From a virus (taxonomy: Duplodnaviria; Caudoviricetes), in the IMG/VR virus record IMGVR_UViG_3300025825_000292, positions 1 to 27,094 of that record: 27,094 nucleotides of DNA. One strand, 5' to 3'. The notes beneath the pieces are model-generated. The model did not search any database, had not been told where the DNA came from, and saw only the letters and a list, made by a program, of their open reading frames with translations. The translations under genes were made by a program, and so were the position numbers. Shown piece after piece: positions 14,401-22,897 of this stretch (positions are counted from its first letter, which is position 1; each line of letters opens with the position of its first letter).

Positions 14401-14425
14401 GGGAAGGGGTTCGAGGCCCCTTCCC
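14401..14425 (+). terminator. GC-rich intergenic hairpin (terminator or processing site)
   Basis: GGGAAGGGG-TTCGAGG-CCCCTTCCC downstream of the SSB gene; only a short T run follows. Confidence 0.4.
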
Positions 14426-14448
14426 TTACCAACAAGGAGCCCGAATCC

Positions 14449-15132
14449 ATGGCAAAAACTGATAAAGCCTCCTCGCCCCCTCCCACCATTCAGGAAATTA
14501 AAGCGTTAACCATTGATATCCAAACACGCCTCCCGTCATCCCCCTTGGTCATTGAAGACAGCGACCACTACGTGATCTGCGCCCAATTACGCGCAGACCT
14601 TCTTGCGATCCTCAAAGAGATGGAAGAGAAACGGATGGCCATTGCTCGCCCCATTAATGCTGGCCTAAAAAAGCTCAAGGAAGAAGTCGATGCCGCGAAA
14701 GCGCCGCTTGAAAAGGCAGAAATTATCATTAAACGCGCCATGCTGATATTCACAGCAAAGGAAGAAGCCGCTCGTGACGCTCAGAGGAAAGCGGACCAAA
14801 TGCGTCATACCGAATGTCTAATTGAAGAAGCCGAACGGACGGGGTTCCCGATGGCTGAGATTGCGCAGTGGATTCCAGAGCCCGCTCCCCTCCTCCCAAT
14901 CCCCCGAATCGTTGAGTTACGTGGCGGGGGGACAATGATACAAAGCCGAACGCAAGCCTGGCGGAGACTCCCCGACACCACGCCACCTTGGGAATGGAAT
15001 GGCGAGCGCTTATGGATGGTGGATGAGGCGGCGATCTGGCGACTTCGCCGGAAAGCCGGTGAATCGCTCACTGACGCGCCTCCTGGCATTGAGTTTTATT
15101 ATACTGACACCTTACCGACGAAGGGGCGCTAA
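14449..15132 (+). CDS. Coiled-coil phage protein (Gam/Gp157-like architecture)
   Basis: IEDSDHY...LKEMEEKRMAIARPINAGLKKLKEEVDAAKAPLEKAEIIIK, a long helical pattern common in phage recombination modules. Confidence 0.55.
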   Translation: MAKTDKASSPPPTIQEIKALTIDIQTRLPSSPLVIEDSDHYVICAQLRADLLAILKEMEEKRMAIARPINAGLKKLKEEVDAAKAPLEKAEIIIKRAMLIFTAKEEAARDAQRKADQMRHTECLIEEAERTGFPMAEIAQWIPEPAPLLPIPRIVELRGGGTMIQSRTQAWRRLPDTTPPWEWNGERLWMVDEAAIWRLRRKAGESLTDAPPGIEFYYTDTLPTKGR

Positions 15133-15341
15133 TGTATGGAAACCATAAAAATCAAGAAGTCAAGAGGGCCAATAGCGTCAAGAGGGTCAGTCGAGTTCGT
15201 CACAGTCATCACCACCTCGGTCTCCTATTGGGTATCCTCCTTATCGCTGGAAGCGCGTGTATGGGGTACATCGCCGTCATTGGCGCGTTATGTCTCGCCT
15301 TCGTCGTCATCGCCTATACCCTCGTGTCATACCTGATGTAA
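15132..15341 (+). CDS. Small membrane protein
   Basis: TAATG coupling; basic N-terminus and about 40 hydrophobic C-terminal residues. Confidence 0.6.
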   Translation: MYGNHKNQEVKRANSVKRVSRVRHSHHHLGLLLGILLIAGSACMGYIAVIGALCLAFVVIAYTLVSYLM

Positions 15342-15360
15342 GGAAAAAGGAGTTCGCGTG

Positions 15361-17985
15361 ATGCCCTCAACACTCCAAGCAACCCCAACACCCCAGGCAA
15401 CCTACGTGCCGGGGTGGGGCCATCTTTCCTCACATTTGGTCATTATTGGGGAGGCTCCAAGCGATCACGAATGCGCGCATCGCCCGCCCATGCCGTTTGT
15501 TGGGCCATCCGGCTACCGGCTCATGGAATGGCTCAGCGCAGTCGGACTCACCCGTGATTACTGTTGGATTGATAATGTGTACCCCTATAAAGCGCCGCAT
15601 AATAACTTAGACGCGTTAGGTAAGGGCTTGTTATTGCCCTTTATGAGCACGCTCCATCAACGCATCGCCGCGCTTGACGATCCTTGGGTCATCGTGCCCT
15701 TAGGCAATTATCCGTTATACGCCTTATTATCATTAGGGAAAGTCTCATGGCATCGGAAGGATGGGAGGCAAGAGCGGCCAGGGATTCTCGCGCACCGAGG
15801 AGGCGTGTACACCTATCGTGATTTACGGGGCCGTTCGATTACGGTGATTCCCTCGATTCATCCCTCCGCCACCTTTAAAAACCCCGCCTACGAACGCGCC
15901 TGCCGCGCCGATTGGGAAAAGATTGCCAGGGAATTGGTCAGTGGCCCACAGACTCCCCTCCCTCACCGAACCATCCTCTCGAACCCCTCGCCAACTGATA
16001 TTGCCAACTTCTATCAAGCCGCCCTTGCTGCCCCCACCACCCTCCTCACTTTTGATATTGAGCGGCCCGCGGGGAAAGTTACCATCTACGGGAAACCTAC
16101 GAAGCGGTATCCGAAAGGCAAACCCACGCGCCATAAAGATTATCGAGCTGGGAAGGTGGTCTGTATCTCCTTTTGCTTAGATCCCTTCACACAGACCATC
16201 ACCATCCCACTCAGCGCGAAATACTGGAATACCCATACGGAATGGGCAGGGTTCGACGCGTGGGGATGGGTGAAAGCGTTATTAGCGCTGCCAAACCCAA
16301 AAGGCACGCAAAATGGGTTGTACGATGTGTGGCACTGCGAAGATTACGGATGTAAGGTCGTCAATTGGTGGTATGATAGTCTCTATCTCCATCATGCCGA
16401 AAACCCCAGAGACAAACATAGCTTAGAATACCTCGCGTCGGTTGATCTCCGGACCCAATACTGGAAGGATGAATGTAAAAACCCGGATACCCTCACGGGA
16501 TGGACGGAACGCGAAGATCAACTTCGCGTCTATTGCGGGAAAGATAGTTCCCATACCAGTGAGTTAATTACCCTCTATTGCGAGCGTATCGATCAAGCCA
16601 CGTGGGATCGGTATCGTACCCACTACGTCGCGCTCTTTGCTCCCCTCATGGCCCTGATGCGCCACGGGTTACGGGTCGATGTTGAGGAAGCTGATCGTCG
16701 GTTACGTACGCTCACAGAGGAACGGGCGTCTATCCGAAAAACATTAAAAGCGCTCACGGGGTATGAAATTCTCGCGACGAAAGCGATCTCCGTGAAAAAG
16801 CTCAGCGACTACCTCTACCGGCGCCTCCAATTACCGGAACAATACAAAAAACGCGCAACGGGGATGAAAAAAACTGTCACAACCGATGAAGTGGCGATTA
16901 AACGGTTAGCGATTCAGTACCCTGAGCGCTTCCCACTGGACGTTGAGGAGGGGATTCTGAGATCACGCCGCGTTCAAAAACTCATGGAGAGCTATAATCC
17001 GCAACATTGGGACCCTGATGGCCGGATGCGAAGTATGTACTCTCCGAATACCCAACAAGGCCGTTTAAGTAGCAAGAAAAACCCGCGAGGCAGCGGGACC
17101 AACGGCCAGAATATTGATGTCGAAGCGCGAGATATTTTCCTCGCCGATGAGGGCAAGGTCATGGTGATTGTCGATCTCAGCCAGGCCGAGAGCCGCGTGA
17201 ACCGCTGTTATATCCATAGCTTAACGGGCGACCTTGACACGCTCTGGAAAGCGCAAGCCGCCCCGGCTGACTGGGACGATCACTCAGCAATGACTCAACG
17301 GATTTTTGAGATTCCGAATGATCAACCCGCGCAGATTGCCGCCAACCGGCCATTAGGGAAAATGATTGTGCATGCCTCCCAACGCCGGATGCAAGGCAAA
17401 ACCCTCGCCGACAAGCTCCTGAAAGATCGAGGTGAGGTGGTCTTACCCGAACGCGCCGACGCCCTCATTCAAAAAGCCATTCACGCGCAACCGGGATTGC
17501 TGGACTACTTTCGGTGGGTGGAGTTTCAGATCCAATCCACACGCCGCTTGGTGAGCTGTTGGGGGGTGCCACTCTCCTTCCAATATGATCGGTTAAATAG
17601 CGCGGTGTACCGAGATGGCTATTCGTTTCTCATGCAAGATGCCGTGGGACGCCTCACCAACCAATATGGGATGCGCTGGATGTGGGAGCGAGACCCGTTG
17701 AACCTCTGGCAACGGGGCATCGCTCGCCTCAACGCGCAATGGCATGATGGGTTATTGGTGAGTCTACCGCCCGACCCTCAAGTCATTAGTCACTGGGTCG
17801 CCGGGTTGATGGATTCCTTAGCTACCCCCTTAAATTTGAACGGAACGAGTCTAAAAATGCCAAGCACGGTGAAGATGGGTCTTCATACCAACCCTTCCCT
17901 CGAATGGAAATGGCGACCAAGTGTGGAGGAGGTGGAAGCCGGATTAGTGTCATTAAATGTCACCCCCGTAGAAATAGGAGGATAA
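15361..17985 (+). CDS. polA: Family A DNA polymerase with N-terminal uracil-DNA glycosylase-like and 3'-5' exonuclease domains
   Basis: UDG: IIGEAPS, PFVGPSG, DNV, SIHPSA. Exonuclease: FDIE, QNGLYD, YCGKD. Polymerase: TQQGRLSS, NGQNI, motif A VDLSQAESR, motif B RPLGKMIVHASQRRM, motif C WHDG. Confidence 0.95.
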   Translation: MPSTLQATPTPQATYVPGWGHLSSHLVIIGEAPSDHECAHRPPMPFVGPSGYRLMEWLSAVGLTRDYCWIDNVYPYKAPHNNLDALGKGLLLPFMSTLHQRIAALDDPWVIVPLGNYPLYALLSLGKVSWHRKDGRQERPGILAHRGGVYTYRDLRGRSITVIPSIHPSATFKNPAYERACRADWEKIARELVSGPQTPLPHRTILSNPSPTDIANFYQAALAAPTTLLTFDIERPAGKVTIYGKPTKRYPKGKPTRHKDYRAGKVVCISFCLDPFTQTITIPLSAKYWNTHTEWAGFDAWGWVKALLALPNPKGTQNGLYDVWHCEDYGCKVVNWWYDSLYLHHAENPRDKHSLEYLASVDLRTQYWKDECKNPDTLTGWTEREDQLRVYCGKDSSHTSELITLYCERIDQATWDRYRTHYVALFAPLMALMRHGLRVDVEEADRRLRTLTEERASIRKTLKALTGYEILATKAISVKKLSDYLYRRLQLPEQYKKRATGMKKTVTTDEVAIKRLAIQYPERFPLDVEEGILRSRRVQKLMESYNPQHWDPDGRMRSMYSPNTQQGRLSSKKNPRGSGTNGQNIDVEARDIFLADEGKVMVIVDLSQAESRVNRCYIHSLTGDLDTLWKAQAAPADWDDHSAMTQRIFEIPNDQPAQIAANRPLGKMIVHASQRRMQGKTLADKLLKDRGEVVLPERADALIQKAIHAQPGLLDYFRWVEFQIQSTRRLVSCWGVPLSFQYDRLNSAVYRDGYSFLMQDAVGRLTNQYGMRWMWERDPLNLWQRGIARLNAQWHDGLLVSLPPDPQVISHWVAGLMDSLATPLNLNGTSLKMPSTVKMGLHTNPSLEWKWRPSVEEVEAGLVSLNVTPVEIGG

Positions 17986-17998
17986 GGAGGTGAGGAGC

Positions 17999-18028
17999 CC
18001 AGATAAACCAGATAAACCAGATAAACCA
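17999..18028 (+). repeat. 9 bp tandem repeat (CCAGATAAA x3)
   Basis: ccagataaa ccagataaa ccagataaa cca directly after the polymerase stop. Confidence 0.85.
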
Positions 18029-18068
18029 AACGCCCCATGTAACCAGATCATAACAAGGAGACTGCCCC

Positions 18069-18578
18069 ATGAACATCGAATATGCCATCGGCGCGAAATT
18101 GGATAGTGCAGGACGGCGAATTCCCGTGTTCCGCGTGATTGATGAGCATGATAACGTACTACTACGGGTATCTGTCTATGCGAATGTCGTAGAGGTCGTC
18201 GACTGTGATGATATTCCTCGTGCCGCCTTTCACGAGATTATTACCCATTTACTGCAATTTGCGAAGGACGCGGATGAATTAGGGTTAGCGCCGCCGCCGA
18301 GTGAAGGATCAGCGAGGCTCGTGGGGCAACACGCGCCAGGAATAGCGAAGAAGCAGAAAACCAAAGCCCCACGGACTCCACGGACCCCAAAGCCGCCGCA
18401 TCCCTCCCACTACCCAAAGGAGGTCTTTGAAGGGCAGCCGCCGCCCCCGCCGCCCGGAGGATGGCCGAAAGGCGCGGGGATTTGGGAAGAGCGATCAAGT
18501 ACCCGTGATGAATATGGGCCGATTGGGGGCATTCTCACGTTACCGGATCAACCAGGAGGCGTCGAATGGAAAGAATAG
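18069..18578 (+). CDS. Hypothetical protein with Pro-rich C-terminal half
   Basis: SD AAGGAG, 169 aa. Confidence 0.7.
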   Translation: MNIEYAIGAKLDSAGRRIPVFRVIDEHDNVLLRVSVYANVVEVVDCDDIPRAAFHEIITHLLQFAKDADELGLAPPPSEGSARLVGQHAPGIAKKQKTKAPRTPRTPKPPHPSHYPKEVFEGQPPPPPPGGWPKGAGIWEERSSTRDEYGPIGGILTLPDQPGGVEWKE

Positions 18579-18817
18579 CAACCATCGCAGACCACACGCG
18601 CCAACCGACCACCCTCATGCTCTGTCAAGGGTGTCACACGCAATTTATCCAGCGGCATGGCAATCAGCGGTATTGTTCGCCTCGCTGTCAAGCGCGATCG
18701 ACCCATCAGCGATACCGAGAAACCCATCGCGCCGTTTTACGAGCACGGACTCAAGCAAGCCGCCAACGAGCCAAGGAGCGATCTCACCATGATGAGCAGA
18801 GCCGTGAACGCCAATAG
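18566..18817 (+). CDS. Zn-finger protein (CxxC...YCSxxC)
   Basis: SD AGGAGG; CQGCHTQF...RYCSPRC followed by a basic helix. Confidence 0.7.
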   Translation: MERIATIADHTRQPTTLMLCQGCHTQFIQRHGNQRYCSPRCQARSTHQRYRETHRAVLRARTQASRQRAKERSHHDEQSRERQ

Positions 18818-18977
18818 ACCCGCTCACCCCACGAACCCCATCAAGCTACCGAAAACCTTTACGTGTGTGTTGTGTGGGATGCGGTTTACCCGCCATGATG
18901 AAGGCTATCGACATTGGGTGACGTGCTCAACAACTCACAAGCGGGAAGAGCGAATGATACGCCCGCACACCACATAA
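18789..18977 (+). CDS. Small Zn-finger-like protein
   Basis: SD AAGGAG; TFTCVLCGMRF...TCSTTH. Confidence 0.55.
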   Translation: MMSRAVNANRPAHPTNPIKLPKTFTCVLCGMRFTRHDEGYRHWVTCSTTHKREERMIRPHTT

Positions 18978-18996
18978 CCGATAAGGAGGTGTTCAC

Positions 18997-19263
18997 ATGC
19001 GCTACGATCCAGATCACGGGGAACCCAACCACGACCAAACCGGCCACCCCTGCCACGTCCCCGAGCGATGGACAGGAAAGCCAATGACGCCGTTAACATG
19101 GGCCGATAAGACCGCCATTCACAGGCTGTATCACATGCGCGAACAAGGGATTGGTGACTTACTAGATGACCAAATCACGTTCTTACATTACTGCGAACGC
19201 TTGGAAACGCTCTCGCCTAATGAACGGAAGCGGTTTAACGATATCCTTAAGCTCGTGTTGTAA
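18997..19263 (+). CDS. Hypothetical protein
   Basis: SD AAGGAGG, 88 aa. Confidence 0.65.
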   Translation: MRYDPDHGEPNHDQTGHPCHVPERWTGKPMTPLTWADKTAIHRLYHMREQGIGDLLDDQITFLHYCERLETLSPNERKRFNDILKLVL

Positions 19264-19265
19264 TC

Positions 19266-20628
19266 ATGAAAGACGAGGTGAGTGGGGTTAGTGGGGCGGG
19301 TGAGGTGAGTGAGATGCGTGAGGTAAGTGGAGCGTGTGGCATGACTGAGGCCACCCCCGTCCCCCATGATTTCCTTTCCTGGTATCTCTATTGGTGCCGG
19401 CCGGAAACTGCCCCTGCCTCTTTCCATCGATGGGCTGGATTAGGGTTATTGTCCGCCGCCTTACAAAATCGTGTGTTGGTGGCCCGAGACGCGGTCCGCG
19501 CGGGTCCCCTCTCCCTCTATATTATGTTGGTCGGAGAGTCGGGCAGTGGGAAGGGCGAGGCCATTATTAAGCGAGCCGTCGAGGCCAGTAGCCAGTGTCG
19601 AGACGCCATCAACGCCGTCGTCGGTAAAACCTCAAGCGCCTATCTCCTCTCCTACTTGTCAGGGGGATATGCAAAGGATATGCAACGCCAATTACAGTTT
19701 TGCGCCAGGTGTTGGGGGCATTGCTGGTTAGTCGCTGAAGAGCTCGCCGCGGATATGCGCACCGGGGAAGCCGCCCAGACCTTCCTCGCCGATCTCACGT
19801 CCATGTGGGGGAAAACCACCTATATGGATGGCACACGCGGGCATGGGTTGAAAGCGACCGCGAATCTCTGCTTGTCGGTGTTAGTGGGCACGACGGAAAC
19901 GTGGCTTCCAACCGTCTTTCCCCAAAGCGCTGTTGAGAGTGGCACGCTTCCGAGGTTTCTGACAATCGTCGAGCCCTCGACTCCTATTCGCGTGATGGCG
20001 CCAACGTACCCCAGTGATTACGCGATCCTCGAACGCTACATTAAAGACTGGGTGGTGGGATTAAGTGGCTTAGGTCTGTATACGCCCATCACGCTCACCT
20101 TCACGCCAGAGGCTGACCTCGCGCGAATCAAAGGGGTTGAGGAGATATGGACCCATTACCCCGAGGAACACTTTCGCGCCTTTATGCGTCGCTCCGATGA
20201 AATGGTGAGAAAGTTAGCGGCGCTCCTCACCATCTCGACCTGGCCTTTAACCTACCGACAAGGGCCTCAGGGATATACCCCGATCATTGAGGAGCCGTCC
20301 GACCCACGTATCCCGGTCGTTGCGGTGCGTCGGGGATTAGCCCTCTACCAAGAAGCCTTACGCGGCCTCCCACATATCATTAAACTGATTAAAGCCACCC
20401 CATGGAGCCGCGAGACCGATCAAGTGTTACGGATCTTGAAGGGGCGGGGCGGGACCCCGATTAATCCGGGAAGCGCGTAATCTCTACGGCATTACCAGTA
20501 AAGGGGTCGATCAGGCGATTAAAAGCCTCCTCGCCTCGGAGGAAGTGCTCACCAATATCCCATATAGCCCATTAACCCGAGGGGTGTTTTGGGTACCAAC
20601 TGACCAGGAGGGAGACGAAGCTGATTAG
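19266..20628 (+). CDS. DUF3987/YfjI-type P-loop ATPase (putative replicative helicase), apparent +1 frame break near the C-terminus
   Basis: FHRWAGLGLLSAAL, LYIMLVGESGSGKG, VAEELA, LSVLVGTT, SGTLPRFL. The 0 frame stops at 20480; the +1 frame is open 20440-20628 and encodes a wHTH-like tail. Confidence 0.8.
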
Positions 20629-20698
20629 CGTCTCGGTGGAGTCTCGATGAAGGCGAAGGAGAAGGTGTTGTCCACAAGAACGGCCCGGAGTGAGCCCC

Positions 20699-22885
20699 CT
20701 ACACCACAAGAAGTGGAATCTTATAGGTCATGGAGAAATCAACGGTACAGCCATTCGGAATATTCGCTTCGGTGAGGCTCGTGGCCCCGGTTGCTCCGTG
20801 TTGTTGGAGGGTTGCGACAATCCCTCCGGAGGCAATAACGCCAACAGGCGCGCCGGTGAGACCAGCAGCGCCGATAAATCGAATCATGACGAGTCCTGAG
20901 ACCAGTTGTTGCGTCGCGGCAAGCGGCAATGAGAGCGTGACGACTCCTGTCGAGATCCCGCGTTGATCGACCTGGATACGTCCTCGCGCATGAAGGATAT
21001 CTCCATTAATCGTATACGTCGCCGCTTGGGTCGTGTAGGTGAGACCGACACCCGCCCCGCCAAATGCCAAGACTGGGGTATAAGCGACACTCTCGCCAAG
21101 GACTCGGCAATTATCACCCGCGTCATTCAACACACGCCCGCTTGTGCCATTAGCCGCTGAATCAATGTGCACAGAACACGCGTTGGCATCGGATGTCATA
21201 TGCGCGAGATAGGGATAGGTCGCCGCTCCGGTATTTCCGGTTTTCACCCCTTTAATGATGTGCCCAAATCCTCCGAACTTAATTAACCCAACAACTGCAT
21301 TACAGTCCACGAAGAATGGGTCAATAATTTTTACATGATTAGGCGAATGACCATTCGCGGTTTGTAACATGATGGGTTGTTTGGTGACGAAGTTAAAGGT
21401 GTCTCCTAGAGACAAACCATTCCCGCCAGACCCGCTAAAAATCACGCCATTATCGCAATCTTGGAGATAATTCCCAATGGAGCGACCATGGTTCACACTT
21501 GAATCGGGATCATTCGCATTAAAAATAATCCCAGACGCAAAGCCGCTGACCGTATTGCGTATCCCGATCACGGTACATCCGGTAACCACACAAATCGCGC
21601 TGGTTCGGTTTTCCCCGAAGCTTCCAGTTCCTGTGAATTGGATGCCTTGATCTGCCCGACCTAACGTATTCCGCACGGTACAATTTGTCACGAACGCGTT
21701 TCCCGCGCCATCCCAATGGTCAATGCCCACTCGGCTATTAAGGACATGACATCCGAAGGTCACGGTATCTTGACAGGCCAAGTACCCTACCAGATTTCCG
21801 AGGTCATTAATCGTGGGGTGTCCTTCCGCCGTACAATTGATCACCCACGCGCGATTGACATAGCGCAAGTTAATACAATGCGCGCCGCCCCCGTCCACCA
21901 CATGTCCGTTATAACTAAAAAAGACCCCTTCAATTGCAATATCATGATCGGTGAGTTCCGTAATGGTTGTGGGAATATCGCGAAAGCCGTGGTTATAGTT
22001 TTTGATCAAAAACCCATTCGCATTTAGGTTTGTGCCAGTAAAGTCAGGATGCGCTTTGATTGTAGCCCCATTGCCAAGAATACGGGTATTGGAGCCAATG
22101 ACTAATGATTCGGTAATGAGGTACGTGCCATTGGAGGATAGAACTAACGTTCCGCCTCCCGCTATCCGTATTTGATCTAAGATGGCTTGAAGCGCTCCAG
22201 TCACATCGTCAAGTCCAGTTGCGGGAATACCATAGTCATTGGCCTCGTAAACTGAAGGGTTCGACCAGTTCGGAACAGCTCCGACGAGATTCATCGTGAG
22301 TCGCGCGCGCGCCGGACCTTTTGGAAGCCTTGTCGGAACGCCAATCATAATCACCATATCGCCGAGGGTCGTGAGTACTTCAATATCTCCGCCAGCCGTC
22401 ACGTCAAGATATTGAATGCCGGTGCCATCGGATTTCAGCGCGAGGGCTTTCCCCCAGTTATTGATATCTCCGGGATCGCCGAGTTGCCCATCCCAGGACG
22501 TGGCGGTATGGCTGTCAGCGGCCCGAACCGCATTCGCTAACCCTGCCGCCACCTGCTGAATCTGTATCACCGTTCGATCATGCACCCGATCCGCCACCTC
22601 AGCCGGAAACGACCCGCCCGCGAGAAAATCGCTACTTTGTGTGTACGGCTCAATGCGCTGAAAGAACACATTTTTGACGCCAGCGGGTGGAGCGCTTGTA
22701 AACGTGACAGTTCCAGAATCCCCATCCCCCCCAGTAATCGTGTAATTAACTCCTTCAACTTGCTGGAACCCGCCGACAAACACGACAACCGTGCTCTTAT
22801 CAAAAAACACAAAGCCGGTGGGGAAGGCGATACTTACCCCGTTACCATCGTGGTACTGACGATCTGTGGTATTCGTGACAGTCAT
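20699..22885 (-). CDS. Tailspike/tail fibre: T7-like N-terminal anchor plus right-handed beta-helix (depolymerase-like)
   Basis: N-terminus YHDGNG...FPTGFVFF...NYTITG...GTVTFTSAPPAG...DFLAGGSF...DR..IQIQQV; then DYGIPATGLDDVTGALQAILD...GGGTLVL..GTYLI and beta-helix repeats. Confidence 0.88.
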   Translation of the reverse strand: MTVTNTTDRQYHDGNGVSIAFPTGFVFFDKSTVVVFVGGFQQVEGVNYTITGGDGDSGTVTFTSAPPAGVKNVFFQRIEPYTQSSDFLAGGSFPAEVADRVHDRTVIQIQQVAAGLANAVRAADSHTATSWDGQLGDPGDINNWGKALALKSDGTGIQYLDVTAGGDIEVLTTLGDMVIMIGVPTRLPKGPARARLTMNLVGAVPNWSNPSVYEANDYGIPATGLDDVTGALQAILDQIRIAGGGTLVLSSNGTYLITESLVIGSNTRILGNGATIKAHPDFTGTNLNANGFLIKNYNHGFRDIPTTITELTDHDIAIEGVFFSYNGHVVDGGGAHCINLRYVNRAWVINCTAEGHPTINDLGNLVGYLACQDTVTFGCHVLNSRVGIDHWDGAGNAFVTNCTVRNTLGRADQGIQFTGTGSFGENRTSAICVVTGCTVIGIRNTVSGFASGIIFNANDPDSSVNHGRSIGNYLQDCDNGVIFSGSGGNGLSLGDTFNFVTKQPIMLQTANGHSPNHVKIIDPFFVDCNAVVGLIKFGGFGHIIKGVKTGNTGAATYPYLAHMTSDANACSVHIDSAANGTSGRVLNDAGDNCRVLGESVAYTPVLAFGGAGVGLTYTTQAATYTINGDILHARGRIQVDQRGISTGVVTLSLPLAATQQLVSGLVMIRFIGAAGLTGAPVGVIASGGIVATLQQHGATGATSLTEANIPNGCTVDFSMTYKIPLLVV

Positions 22886-22897
22886 AATAGCTGCTCC

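Noticed and set aside
20699-22885. Diversity-generating retroelement target in the tail fibre
   Set aside because: No reverse transcriptase and no template/variable repeat pair noticed in the window.
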